DNA from: Terriglobia bacterium
GTDB taxonomy: Bacteria > Acidobacteriota > Terriglobia > JAJPHL01 > JAPKYU01
Direction: 5' to 3'
NCBI GenBank assembly: GCA_965206645.1
Contig: CBDBKE010000002.1
Location: forward strand, 480,001-544,000
DNA: 64,000 nucleotides
Shown one piece after another: positions 33,001 through 43,738 of this stretch (position 1 is its first letter; each line of letters opens with the position of its first letter). A program made the translations under genes and the position numbers. The notes beneath the pieces were generated by a model that had not been told where the DNA came from, ran no database searches, and was given only the letters and a program-made list of their open reading frames with translations.

Positions 33001-33347
33001 TGGTGAAAACCGGAGGACGGCTCGTAAAACACGCACGGTACTACTGGCTCCTGCTGGCCGAGGGCCATTTGACCCGACGGCTGTTTGCCAGCATGCTGGG
33101 GCGGATCGATGGATGGGCACTCCCGTCGGGATAGCCTGGGCTACGGCACACAAGAAAACGATGCCGCTATCCCCCAGGTATGGAGAGTTGTCTGAAAAAG
33201 CTGGGTTTGGATGCTGATTGGACGGTTTTAGGGGACCCCGAAAGGGACGCTCGGAGCCGATGGTCCTCTCGGAGAAAACATTGTACTCGCTGGGACGCAG
33301 ATGCGTGTATATTTTCAATCGCCGGAAGGCCAAAAAGGAAATTCCGG
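30002..33347 (+). mobile_element. Disrupted, mosaic IS1380 copy
   Basis: Left end 30002, right end 33347; interrupted by IS256; 32140-32947 is a divergent IS1380 variant; 3' end duplicated. Confidence 0.88.
30666..32104 (+). mobile_element. IS256-family element (transposase about 30761-32050)
   Basis: RGVSTR, YIDG, VIDGSKAL, QRCRAHK, TTNLIES; inverted ends; 8-bp TSD TGGTTCAA/TTGTTCAA. Confidence 0.92.
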
Positions 33348-33555
33348 TAGAATACTAGCACCGCACTGCACAAAGGTATCGCCAATCGAATCAGTACTGC
33401 AATGCCGTTTCGTAACACTTAACGTCCTTATAACACCCAGACGAAGCGACCTTGAAGGAAGTCATGCGGCGGTTCGGGGCGATCGGGCTCCCGACCTACG
33501 TCATCCTTGAGCCGAACACGCTACGCCAGCCGCCCCCCGAACCGACGGCCAAAGG

Positions 33556-36282
33556 CTAGGCGGTCGCCGATTTGCGCGGGAGGCCGGCCTTTGCGGTTTT
33601 TGCCCGAAGCTGCTTGATGCTCTTCTCCATGCGTTCGGCCATCTCTCGCTCGTGCTTCAGCGCCTGGAGCGTATTCTGCGACTCCTGCATGGTGAAGTCG
33701 ACACGGGCCAGTTTCTCGGTCAGATTGTCGATGATCGACTTCTGCTCGACGAGTGTTTCGAGATTCACGCTCACGTCCTCGAGCAGGTTCGAGATGAGAT
33801 TCGTTTTCGCCTGAACCTCGTCCACCGTTTCCTGTCGCCCTTCGATGGCGGCGACCTTCTCCTCGGTTTCTCGCGCTGTGGTCAGAAGATCGTTGATCTG
33901 ACTCCGCACGGCAGCCACCTCGTCCCGGTGATCTGTCACGAACTGCAGGTCCGCCCGGCTGCGCGCGCTGATCTCGTGGACGCTGTCCACTTCGGTCTTG
34001 ACGGCCCCCACCACCGCCTGTCGCGCGAGAATACCCTTGATCGTCTGATCGAGGGTGCCGGCTTTGTCTGACAGCTCGGCCATCTTCGCTTCGACGAGCG
34101 CGACCTTCTTTTCCGAGAATGCGAGCAGGCCCTGCCGCTGCTCGATCTGCTTGTACATCGTTTCAGTGCGCTTGACCTGATCCTCGGTCGTCTCGACCTG
34201 CGCCGTCGCGTCCCGCTGGCGGGTTTGGATGCGCGCGAGTTCTGATATCAACTCATCTTTCATGGCGGCGGCACGGACCAGTTCGTCGTTCAGCGCCTGG
34301 GTCTGTTTCATTCGCTCGCTGATCTCGCCGGCCAGCGCGCGGCTTGTTTCGACACATTCCGCCAGTCGCGTCTCCTGCTCGCGCAGGACAGCCTCGTCTT
34401 GCTGGACCTCCTTGACGCGGCTGTGAGTCGCCTCAATGCGCGTCTCGAGGGCGGACAGGCGATCGGTGACGGGGAGCAGCTCTCGCTGCCGTGCCGCCAC
34501 CGACTCGATCTTCTGCTGCGCATCGAGCGTCTGCGCGAGGACCGCGTCGCACTGACTCTTCAGGGTGTCGAGCTCGGAGCGGCGGGCGAGCTGCTCGGCC
34601 AGCTTGCCGTCCACTTCAACAGTGAGCGTGTGCAGGCCGTCGATCCGGGCTTCCAGCTTGTCGACGAACTGCGTCCGGTCTGAAAGCCGATCCATCTTGG
34701 TGTCCAGCTCACCGGCCAGTTCACCCAGCCGGGCCGTCTGCTTGATCCCTTCATCGGCCAGCGCCAGCTTTCCATTGATCGCGTTCAGCATGGCGTCGAG
34801 CTGCGGCGTGCGGGCCATGAATGCCGTGATCCGCTCGCTGAAGGCTTCGAGCGCGTCGCGGTCGGCTGCCAGCTTGTCGCCAAGCCGGGCGACCTGGGCG
34901 TGGGACTCGTGGAACTTATAAATGTCCCCGCGCAGCGTCTCGAGCTCCTGTCGCCCCTGCTTCAGCGTCTCCTGTTGCAGGACCGTCCGTTTCGCCAACT
35001 CCTCGACCTGCGCGAGACGGCCCTGCAGCATATCGAGTCCAGCCTGCTTCTTCGCTAGTTCGTCTGCCTGCACAGAGAGTTCCTGGAAGCTCTGGTTCAG
35101 GACATCCGCCTTCTGGTGGAGCTGGGAGAGATTCCGCTCCTTAACGCCGAGTGCCTCCATGCTGGCTTCGGCTTCCTTGACCGCGTCCTGCAGTGCGCGC
35201 AGCCGCAAGTCGAGCGCCTCGAATTCCTTCTTCTCGAGCGCAACGCGCTCGAGGGACGCGCGCAAGCTATCCATGAGCGCCCGCCCATCCTTTTCAAACC
35301 GCGCCGACTCGCGCGCCATGTCGTCGCGGGCCTTTGTCACCCCTTCGACCGAGGCGTTGGTCTGCTGGACGAGTGTCTCAATGCGGCCGATGGTCTCCTC
35401 GCTGCGGTGGACCTCCTTCGCGCCTTCGTTCAGCCGGTTGATCTGAACGTCCATGTCCCAGACCATTTCGTTCAGTCGCTTGGCTTCGACGACGGCCCGT
35501 TCCACCGTCGATCGCTGGCTCTCGAGGGCCTTGGTCTTCTGTGAGACATGCTCGGCCATGGCGTTGAGGCCGGCAAGCTTCTCTTCGGTCGTCTTGCTCA
35601 GCTCCTGGATCTGCATCAGCGGGCCGAGTTTCCGCTCCAGTTCCTTGAGCGACTCCGCGGCTGCAACGGAATCCTCGCGTACTTCTTTGGACGCGTCGCG
35701 CAGCCGCGCGTAGTCCTGCGATAGATGGCCGGCGGTACCGCGGACCTGATCGAGCTCGGCCTTGACCACCGCGGCGTCGTCGATCGTGCTCTTGACCTCA
35801 TCCTGCGTCTTGCGCAGTTCGGTCCGGGCCTCCTCCAGGGTGGCCTGCTCTTGCTTGAGGGCATCAAGGCCTGCCTGGGTCTTGAGCATCTGCGACGAGA
35901 GGTGCTGGACGGACTTTCGGTGCTTCTGTAGATCACTGCCAGGAGCCAACAAGCCCTCCGCGTTCTGCTGAGCTTGCTCCGCGATCGCCAGCAGCGCCTG
36001 TATGCGCGCATCGATCTCCGCAAATGTCCGGGTTCGTTCCTCAAGGCCGGCGATGCGCTTGTCGACGTCAGCAACCTTCTGGCCCGTCGCGACCGTCTTC
36101 GCGTCGAACTGTTCGAGCGTCTTGCCGACCCGGGTCAACGTCGAACCGCGCAGGGTAATCTGTGCGAGCAGGGCGTTGAGGGCGCTTTGTTCTTCCTTCG
36201 CCGCCAGGATCAAGGCCTCGAAATCCGCGGCCTGCTTTCTCGTCCGGCTAGCGCCCATCAAATTCTTGAGTGCATCGAGCAT
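33556..36282 (-). CDS. Long coiled-coil protein (about 908 aa), function unknown
   Basis: E/Q/K/L/A-rich heptad pattern throughout; no Walker A motif or TM segment seen; AGGAGG RBS. Confidence 0.8.
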   Translation of the reverse strand: MLDALKNLMGASRTRKQAADFEALILAAKEEQSALNALLAQITLRGSTLTRVGKTLEQFDAKTVATGQKVADVDKRIAGLEERTRTFAEIDARIQALLAIAEQAQQNAEGLLAPGSDLQKHRKSVQHLSSQMLKTQAGLDALKQEQATLEEARTELRKTQDEVKSTIDDAAVVKAELDQVRGTAGHLSQDYARLRDASKEVREDSVAAAESLKELERKLGPLMQIQELSKTTEEKLAGLNAMAEHVSQKTKALESQRSTVERAVVEAKRLNEMVWDMDVQINRLNEGAKEVHRSEETIGRIETLVQQTNASVEGVTKARDDMARESARFEKDGRALMDSLRASLERVALEKKEFEALDLRLRALQDAVKEAEASMEALGVKERNLSQLHQKADVLNQSFQELSVQADELAKKQAGLDMLQGRLAQVEELAKRTVLQQETLKQGRQELETLRGDIYKFHESHAQVARLGDKLAADRDALEAFSERITAFMARTPQLDAMLNAINGKLALADEGIKQTARLGELAGELDTKMDRLSDRTQFVDKLEARIDGLHTLTVEVDGKLAEQLARRSELDTLKSQCDAVLAQTLDAQQKIESVAARQRELLPVTDRLSALETRIEATHSRVKEVQQDEAVLREQETRLAECVETSRALAGEISERMKQTQALNDELVRAAAMKDELISELARIQTRQRDATAQVETTEDQVKRTETMYKQIEQRQGLLAFSEKKVALVEAKMAELSDKAGTLDQTIKGILARQAVVGAVKTEVDSVHEISARSRADLQFVTDHRDEVAAVRSQINDLLTTARETEEKVAAIEGRQETVDEVQAKTNLISNLLEDVSVNLETLVEQKSIIDNLTEKLARVDFTMQESQNTLQALKHEREMAERMEKSIKQLRAKTAKAGLPRKSATA

Positions 36283-36649
36283 GATCAACCCTCCTATGTG
36301 GCACAAATAAAAGCGCTATGGCGCTTCTCCCAGCGAAAGAATCCGAGATTCCCATTTTGGTCGCCGAGTCAGGGCCCATGAACACTGAAACCACCTCCAG
36401 ACGGCCGAATCAGACGGCGGGTGCGGCGCTTGCGGGCGGCGTTGCTCCCGAGGCCGAGGCGCAGTCATGGCGCTCGGCTCGGCATATAATATGCCAAGTC
36501 AAAACGCTCGTTGGATGTCAAGCCTTTTGTCGAGATATCCATAATCCGTTGGTCGCCATTCCTGAACTTCCCAAACAGACATGCGCACGCGCAGCGTCCC
36601 GCTCACCGTGACGCGGGACGGTCGAAACCGTCCCATATTAGCCAATTTA

Positions 36650-38297
36650 CCGGAATTTCCTTTTTGGCCTTCCGGCGATTGAAAATATACACGCATCTGC
36701 GTCCCAGCGAGTACAATGTTTTCTCCGCGAGGACCATCGGCTCCGAGCGTCCCTTTCGGGGTCCCCTAAAACCGTCCAATCAGCATCCAAACCCAGCTTT
36801 TTCAGACAACTCTCCATACCTGAGGGATAGCGGCATCGTTTTCTTGTGTGCCGTAGCCCAGGCTATCCCGACGGGAGTGCCAATCCATCGATCCGCCCCA
36901 GCATGCTGGCAAACAGCCGTCGGGTCAAATGGCCCTCGGCCAGCAGGAGCCAGTAGTACCGTGCGTGTTTTACGAGCCGTCCTCCGGTTTTCACCAGCCG
37001 CTGCTGGAGGCTCGTCAAGGACCATTTCTCGATTCTCTGTGGCAGCACTAGCCGTCGCCATAGGTTGCCCAGGTTGTAGGCGATGATCGTCAGCCAAAGC
37101 CGTACCTCGTTAGATCGGAACTTGTGGCAACTGAGCCGCGTCATCTTCACCGCCTGCTTGCCTTCCTTGATCCACTGTTCTGCGGTGCCGCGCTTGTTAT
37201 AGAACCGCACCACCGCCCGATTCGGCAGCGTCAGATTCGTTACAATGAACCCCACTCGCGGGAACAACTCCCCGGAATGATGCTCTACTTTCGCCACCAC
37301 CCTTCGAGCCGTCTTCCAACCGGCTGCCTGGTACAAGAACCCCTTGTACTCGACCAGCGGTTTCTTGGTGGGCCTTCCCACGGGGCGTTTCAGTAGCTCT
37401 TCGATGTCTCGCTGCAGAATATCGTTGGCCGGGATGCGAATTGCGTACTTCACACCCCGTTCCTCCAATGCCTCGTACACCTCCGGCTTGGCAAAGGCCG
37501 CGTCCGCCCGAAACGCAATCTCTTTTCCCATTCTTTGCTGGCGCTCAATCTCGGGTAACAGGAGTTTCTCCCAACCCTCGGCACTGTGCACGTTGCCCGG
37601 ACGGACCTGGGCCGCCAGACAGTCGCCGTCTCGATTGAACAAAAGCAGCGGGTGATAGCAAGTGGACTCGAAGTGCCCGTTGTAGGCGCTCTGTTCCTGC
37701 TCCCCGTAGACCGGAATCTCGGTTGAGTCCATATCCAGCACCGCTCGGTAGTGCCACTGGAAGGCTTCGACCTTTCCGATCAGTTCCCGGTTGATCCGGG
37801 CTAACCCGACGAAGTTCTCCACCTTCGCCAGCATCTCCGTCTCGAAAGTTTGCAACCTGGAGGTCAGCGCCGCGCCTCGTTCCCAAGTCTTCTCTGAACC
37901 AATCAGCCGAAAGGTCGGGTCTTGCGACAGCCGCTCGGCATCATTTACATCCTCGTATCCAGCTAGGCGACTGTAGACCGACTGCCGCAGCAAGTCCGCG
38001 AAAGAAAACCGAGCATTGTTTGCCCGCGAATCGGTCAGGTGCTCGTCAATGAGTTCGCTGAATCCCAGACGCTCATCCAACTCCCGGACCAGAATCAGTC
38101 CACCATTGGAAGTCACCCGTGATCCCTGAAACCCGACTCGCAGAAATCGGTTGAACGACAGCTGAAATCCCTGTTTTCCGCTCTCACCCATTGGGTTTAC
38201 GCCTCCGAACGCTCCGATTGATGCTGCAACCAGTATCAATATTGACGTTGGAGGTTAGCTGAAGGTTGCCGCTGCGTTTCCAAAAAGGAAATCCGGG
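36650..38297 (-). mobile_element. Intact IS1380 element (transposase 36863-38191)
   Basis: Both ends present; uninterrupted DDE ORF. Confidence 0.95.
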
Positions 38298-38315
38298 TTT
38301 AATAGCTGAGAGTAG

Positions 38316-38399
38316 ATAGGTCCCGCCTAGTCGGCTAGATCCACGTCACACCATCCAGGCAGAACATAGGTAAACACTAACTCGTTAGGCAGGATCTAT
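38316..38399. repeat. Two Y sites, (-) 38316-38349 and (+) 38366-38399
   Basis: Cores GCCGAC and ACTCGT; flank CACACCATCCAGGCAGAAC shared with 49723-49741. Confidence 0.8.
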
Positions 38400-38528
38400 C
38401 CGCGTTTGGTGGTCAGAAGTACTGTTGTCGCCACGTGTCGATTGGCCAGCACTAGGTTTCTCGAACAAAACCTGAATTGGGGTTACGCCGAGCGGACGGT
38501 GACGTAGCAGTTCGCTTCACCTCCGGGC

Positions 38529-40913
38529 CTAACCGTCGACCACGATCAGCTCCCGTGTTGCGGTCCCGCCCTCGGTCAGGCCGATCTCCTCATCGTTGTG
38601 CCAGATCGTCAGATCCCGCCCCCTACGCACGTGGTAGGTCACTTGCGCCGCGTCACGGTCCATCGTGACCACCAGTTCCTGGCTGCGCACCCGCAGCGGG
38701 AAACTCAGCTTCTTGAACACTCGGGGCAGCCGCGGCTGAAACGTCAGGCGGCCTCCGTAGTCGCGCATGCCTGCAAGTCCGTAGGTGAACACCATCCATG
38801 TTCCGCCCATCGAGGCGATGTGGCACCCGTCGCTCACGTTCTCGCCAACGTCGGCTAGGTCCATCAAAATTGCGTACCGACCGTACTCCAACGCTTTCTG
38901 GTACTGGCCAATCTCGGCGGCGACGATGCTTTGGATACAGGCCGACAGCGAGGAATCCCCCGTCGTCAGCGCATCGTAGTACTCGAAATTGCGCTTCTTC
39001 TGCACATTGCTGAAATCGTTGCCCAGCAGGAACATGGCTAGCACGATATCGGCCTGCTTGATCACCTGGTGGCGATAGATCACCAGCGGGTGGTGGTGAA
39101 GCAGCAGCGGATACTTCTCCGGCGGGGTGTTGGCGAAATCCCAGATCTCGTGCTCTTGAAAGTCCTCGTCCTGCGGGTGGATGCCGGCTTCCTCGTCGTA
39201 CGGCACGTACATGTTGTCGGCAGCTCGTTGCCACTGGTCCGCCTCGCCCGCCTCGAGCCGCGTGGCGTGAACCAGCCTTTCGTAGAGCGCCGGGTGCTCC
39301 ACCTTCAGTGTGCGAACTGTCCGAGCCGCGTAACGCAGATTCTCACGGGCCATCAGGTTGGTGAACGTGTTGTTGTCCACCACCGTGGTGTACTCGTCCG
39401 GACCCGTCACCGAGTGGATGCAGAATTTCCCTTTCTTCTCGTTGAAGAACCCGTAGTCCACCCACATCCGCGCCGTCTCCACCAGCATCTCCGCTCCCTG
39501 CACAAACAGGAAGTCGATATCCCCGGTGGCGTTCACGTACTTCTGCAGCGCGTACATGATATCGGCGTTGATGTGGATCTGCGCCGTCCCTGCCGCGTAA
39601 TACGCCGAGGCCTCGGCGCCGTTGATTGTCCGCCACGGAAACAAAGCGCCGCGGCTGTTCAACTCCTTCGCCCGTTCCCGCGCGAGGTTCAGCATGCTGT
39701 GCCGGAACCGCAACAGATTGCGCGCAATCCTGGGTTCCGTGTAAATCAGGAACGGCAGCACGTACATCTCCGTGTCCCAGAAGTAGTTCCCGTCGTATGT
39801 CTGCCCCGTGAGCCCCTTGGCCGGGACACCGGCTCCCTCGGCTCGGGCGGTTGCCTGCAGGATCTGGAACAGGTTCCACCGGATCGCCTGCTGGAACGTG
39901 CCGGCCGGCTCGTCCATCAGCTCCGGGTCCTCTTCCACGACCACATCGCTGCGGCGCCAAAAGTCATCCAGGAATCGCCGCTGGGTCTCCAGCAGATCGG
40001 CAAAACCGTGGCGGGTCGTGCGGTCGAGGGTACGCTTTGTCCGATCCATCAGCTCTCTCACCGGCGCCCCGCGAGAAGAATGGTAGGCGAGGTATTTGAA
40101 GATCCGGATCGTTTTGCCCGGCTCGGCGTCCACCGTGAAAACCACCTTCCCATACTCCCCGTTCAACTCGGTGTGATAGGTCATCGGGCAGGCCGTCTCG
40201 ATCTCATGGTCTATTCCGCAAGCCAGTGTCATTCCGCTCCGCCGGGTCCGGTAACCCAGGATCACCCGCCGGTTGCAGTGATCGTGAACTTGCGGAACCA
40301 ACGGAGACTCGGCGAACCCTTTCGCCTGCCGCGGATCGCCGCTGTCGTTTTGTCGCTTCGCGATGGGGAGGTTGACCAGTTGAGAAGACACCAAAACCGG
40401 CGCCTTCGCGTTGACGACGGTCACCTCGTAGCAGATCGCCGCCACGTGCCTGTGCTCGAACGATACCAGGCGCTGTGACCTGACGTGCACCACCTTCCCC
40501 GCCGCCGTCTCCCAAACCAGGTCCCGTTCCAGCACGCCGTTGCGCATGTCCAGTGCCCGCTCGAAAGTCGACAGGTCCGCCGTCGGTAAGTAGAGCGGCT
40601 CATCATCGACATAGAGCTTGAGAAGGCGGCCGTCCGGCACGTTGACGATCGTCTGACCCGTTTTGGGAAATCCGTACGCCTCCTCGCCATAAACAATCGG
40701 CCATGTCTCGTGAAATCCGTTAATGAACGTCCCGCTCTGATGAACCGGACGCCCCTCTTCGAAATTGCCCCGCATGCCCAGGTAGCCGTTCCCGACCGAG
40801 AAAATCGTTTCGGTTTGCGCCAGCAACTTTGGATAAAAAGCCCGCTCAACCATGCGCCACTTGTCGACCGGGTACACGTACCTAGGTGGGCGTTTCGTTT
40901 TGTGACGGATCAT
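38529..40913 (-). CDS. GH65 glycoside phosphorylase (trehalose/maltose/kojibiose type)
   Basis: GNGYLGMRG, KGLTG..Y.G.YFWDTE, GPDEY, KQAD, DSSLS. Confidence 0.93.
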   Translation of the reverse strand: MIRHKTKRPPRYVYPVDKWRMVERAFYPKLLAQTETIFSVGNGYLGMRGNFEEGRPVHQSGTFINGFHETWPIVYGEEAYGFPKTGQTIVNVPDGRLLKLYVDDEPLYLPTADLSTFERALDMRNGVLERDLVWETAAGKVVHVRSQRLVSFEHRHVAAICYEVTVVNAKAPVLVSSQLVNLPIAKRQNDSGDPRQAKGFAESPLVPQVHDHCNRRVILGYRTRRSGMTLACGIDHEIETACPMTYHTELNGEYGKVVFTVDAEPGKTIRIFKYLAYHSSRGAPVRELMDRTKRTLDRTTRHGFADLLETQRRFLDDFWRRSDVVVEEDPELMDEPAGTFQQAIRWNLFQILQATARAEGAGVPAKGLTGQTYDGNYFWDTEMYVLPFLIYTEPRIARNLLRFRHSMLNLARERAKELNSRGALFPWRTINGAEASAYYAAGTAQIHINADIMYALQKYVNATGDIDFLFVQGAEMLVETARMWVDYGFFNEKKGKFCIHSVTGPDEYTTVVDNNTFTNLMARENLRYAARTVRTLKVEHPALYERLVHATRLEAGEADQWQRAADNMYVPYDEEAGIHPQDEDFQEHEIWDFANTPPEKYPLLLHHHPLVIYRHQVIKQADIVLAMFLLGNDFSNVQKKRNFEYYDALTTGDSSLSACIQSIVAAEIGQYQKALEYGRYAILMDLADVGENVSDGCHIASMGGTWMVFTYGLAGMRDYGGRLTFQPRLPRVFKKLSFPLRVRSQELVVTMDRDAAQVTYHVRRGRDLTIWHNDEEIGLTEGGTATRELIVVDG

Positions 40914-41015
40914 GACTCCACACCGAGCTATCCTAGAATTCCCAAGTTCGTGAAGGCCAGCGTTTCAGGGTGCCTCGGCGCCGGTCCGCCTCAGCCTGCC
41001 CAAACGGGTACTGCC

Positions 41016-41753
41016 TTAGCAGCCGAACTCTCTCAAGTCTTCCACGACGATATCGGCCCCCGCCCGGCGCAATCGGTCCGGGTCGTGATGACGGTCCACG
41101 CCGATCACCAGACCGAAACCGCCCGCCCTGCCCGCCTGCACCCCGGAGATCGCGTCTTCCACCACCACCACCCGCGAAGGCTCCACTCCCAGCTGTCGCG
41201 CCGCCTCCAGAAATGAGTTCGGCGCCGGTTTGCCGGCCAAGCCCAGACGGGCAGCCACGTGGCCGTCCACCCGGCAGTCGAACAGGTCCGCAATCCCCGC
41301 CGCTCCGAGGGTCAGCTCACAGTTCTTGCTGGCCGAAACCACGGCCGTCTTTACTCCGATTTTCCGCAGGTGCCGGACCCACCTGATCGAGCACTCGTAG
41401 GTCTCCACTCCGCAGGTCCGGATCAACTCCACCACGAGATCGTTCTTCCGGTTGCCGAGCCCGCAGATCGTCTCCCGGTCGGGCGGGTCCGGTGGCTCGC
41501 CTTCGGGCAACTCGATGCCCCGCGAACGCAGGAATCCGCGCACGCCGTCATAGCGCAGCTTGCCGTCGGTGTACTCTCGGTAGTCGGTCGCAATCTCGAA
41601 GGGAACAAACTGCTCTCCAGCGCGCTCGGCCCGCTGCTTCAGATAGCGGTCGAACATCTCTTTCCAGGCCGTTGCGTGAACCTTGGCGGTCTGCGTCAAC
41701 ACCCCGTCCATATCGAACAGCACAGCGTCCCATTTTTCCCGGTCGAATTTCAT
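41016..41753 (-). CDS. Beta-phosphoglucomutase-family HAD hydrolase
   Basis: FDMDGV, SASKN, GKPAP, VEDA; adjacent to GH65. Confidence 0.88.
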   Translation of the reverse strand: MKFDREKWDAVLFDMDGVLTQTAKVHATAWKEMFDRYLKQRAERAGEQFVPFEIATDYREYTDGKLRYDGVRGFLRSRGIELPEGEPPDPPDRETICGLGNRKNDLVVELIRTCGVETYECSIRWVRHLRKIGVKTAVVSASKNCELTLGAAGIADLFDCRVDGHVAARLGLAGKPAPNSFLEAARQLGVEPSRVVVVEDAISGVQAGRAGGFGLVIGVDRHHDPDRLRRAGADIVVEDLREFGC

Positions 41754-42179
41754 GACGCTGATCCCGCTGACTCTCCGCTGACGGCCCACCGCGTCTCATA
41801 CGCAAGGTAGCCGTTGCCGGCACGGAAGTAGCCATCACTGTCCGCTAGAGCGGACGCAACTGACAAAAGCGCCCAAGCGATCAAGACTGCGGTGGTCACT
41901 CTCATGATCGAACGTTACCTCATGTCGTTTAACTGATGTTTAGGCCGACCTGGATAAAAGGGGTCCTGATCGGCCTGAGACGAAACCGCCAGCGGCGAGC
42001 CGGGCCGGCAACCGCTTTGATTGTAACGATTTCTCCCATGTCCGACAACTTTCCTCCCAGTGTTAGGCCGACCGGTCAGTCCCGGATAATCCCGCCTGTC
42101 GCCAAGAATGCCGGATATATCTCGTCTGACGCCCCAGTTCTTTCCGATCCTGCTGCCAACTCCCTTAAAGTCGGCATAG

Positions 42180-42249
42180 CGGAAACTGACCCTCTACGCC
42201 CGCCAGGGTAGTGGGCCAGTTTCCGATAAGCGCGTTATACATCCAAGTG
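42180..42249 (+). repeat. Complete hairpin followed by an X site (42216-42249)
   Basis: CGGAAACTGACCC...GGGCCAGTTTCCG then ATAA-GCGCGT-TATACATCCAAGTG. Confidence 0.8.
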
Positions 42250-43738
42250 GCCCACCGCGGCAGGTGGGGGTTGATCATTCTGGGGTTTATTATCGTCTTG
42301 AAAAAACCCGGACTCACGTCCCGCCGCGCTTCGCTGGAGACTGTTTCTCAAAGCGAAGCCCTCCCTAGTTGCTTCCGATTGAGACTAATGCGGCATTGCT
42401 CTGGATGCCATCGGCCGTGAGGACGATCTCGTGTTCACCCAGAGGCAACTGGGGGACTTCGATGTTCACCTGCATGAGGCCAGCGAAATTGGGCGCCAAG
42501 CCAGCGAAAACAACGGTCGCTTCCATGCCGCCAATCGTTGTCGTGACAGGCTCGACCACCTCCGAGAGCGGGTCCTGAGGCGTTAGTTCGCCAGCGGGTA
42601 CCGGGTTTGTGACGGCTCCCAGGCCAGTTCCATAAACAATGACAAAGCTCCCAGGCTCGACTGGATTATTGGGAAGATTCAAGCTGAAATCAGGGAAGTT
42701 CTGAACCGCAGCTCGGTTGTCTCCGGCCACGGACGGATCCAAGGTAAAAATACCGGGACCCGCCTCGCCGATAACGACGGTGACGATATCACTCGGGCGG
42801 TCGTTGACCATGATGACGACGGAGGCTGGCCCCAATTCCGTCTGATCCGGGACCTGGAAGTTGATTTGCCCCGGCCCAACGAAGTACAGAGGCGCCGCAC
42901 GCCCGTCGATCAACACCGTCGCCCCATTGAGCGTCGTCGGGAGAACAACATCTTGGTTTGCGGCGCCTTCGCTGAAGAGGGCAGCGACTTGCAAGTTATT
43001 TCCTCCCAACACTTCATTGAAGAGACCGAAAACCGTGGCGATCGCCCCTTTCGTCAATACCTTGCCAACAAATCCTGCCGCATTCACCAGAGCTTCCCCA
43101 ATGACTTGTGCTGGAGAGGTGGGAGCGTTCTTCGCCGCTTCGGTCACCGATTCCGACATGGAGAAGCGAATCTCCCGTCCGTTCACACCGAGATTCACCA
43201 TGCCGTCGCCGTCGGTGTCTGTGGTGAAAACATGCACGGTCTCCAACCCGAAACTGTCATTGCTCTGGGCACCGTCATGCAAATACTTGATCCAAGGCAG
43301 ACCCAGGGTTTTGCCGCAGCCGAAAACTCGCACTGCGTGTCCTCCGGTGGGGTTACCGTTCGCGTCGTCGTAGCTGAAAATCAGCTCGACGTCCTCTCCG
43401 GCTTTAATCTGATCGCAGATCCACTTCCAAGTCACTGTAGCGCCGTCATCGGTGGAAGTGATCCCGCTTGCTGTGAAATTCCCATTGGGAAGCGCCTGCC
43501 CTGCGGCCGCGTTGCTCCAACCTCGTCCCTGGTGGCGGTTAACCAAGCTGTCCTTCAGATCGTTGTTGTTGAGGTAGGAGAACTTTCCTTGCAACATCGG
43601 CGGGAACCAAACCCCGGAGCCATTATTCCGCGAGGGGGCGGTTCGATTCATTCCTGTATCAAGCTGCCCCACCAAGGTGTTGTCTCCCCTCAGACCTGCC
43701 TGGTGATTGTTGGGTACGTCTATACCGTAGCGCTTCTC

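Larger units (their letters stand above)
30002..38297. mobile_element. Composite transposon bounded by inverted IS1380 copies
   Basis: TSD TTTAA at 29997-30001 and 38298-38302; the joined flanks match the uninterrupted copy at 9341-9380. Confidence 0.85.
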
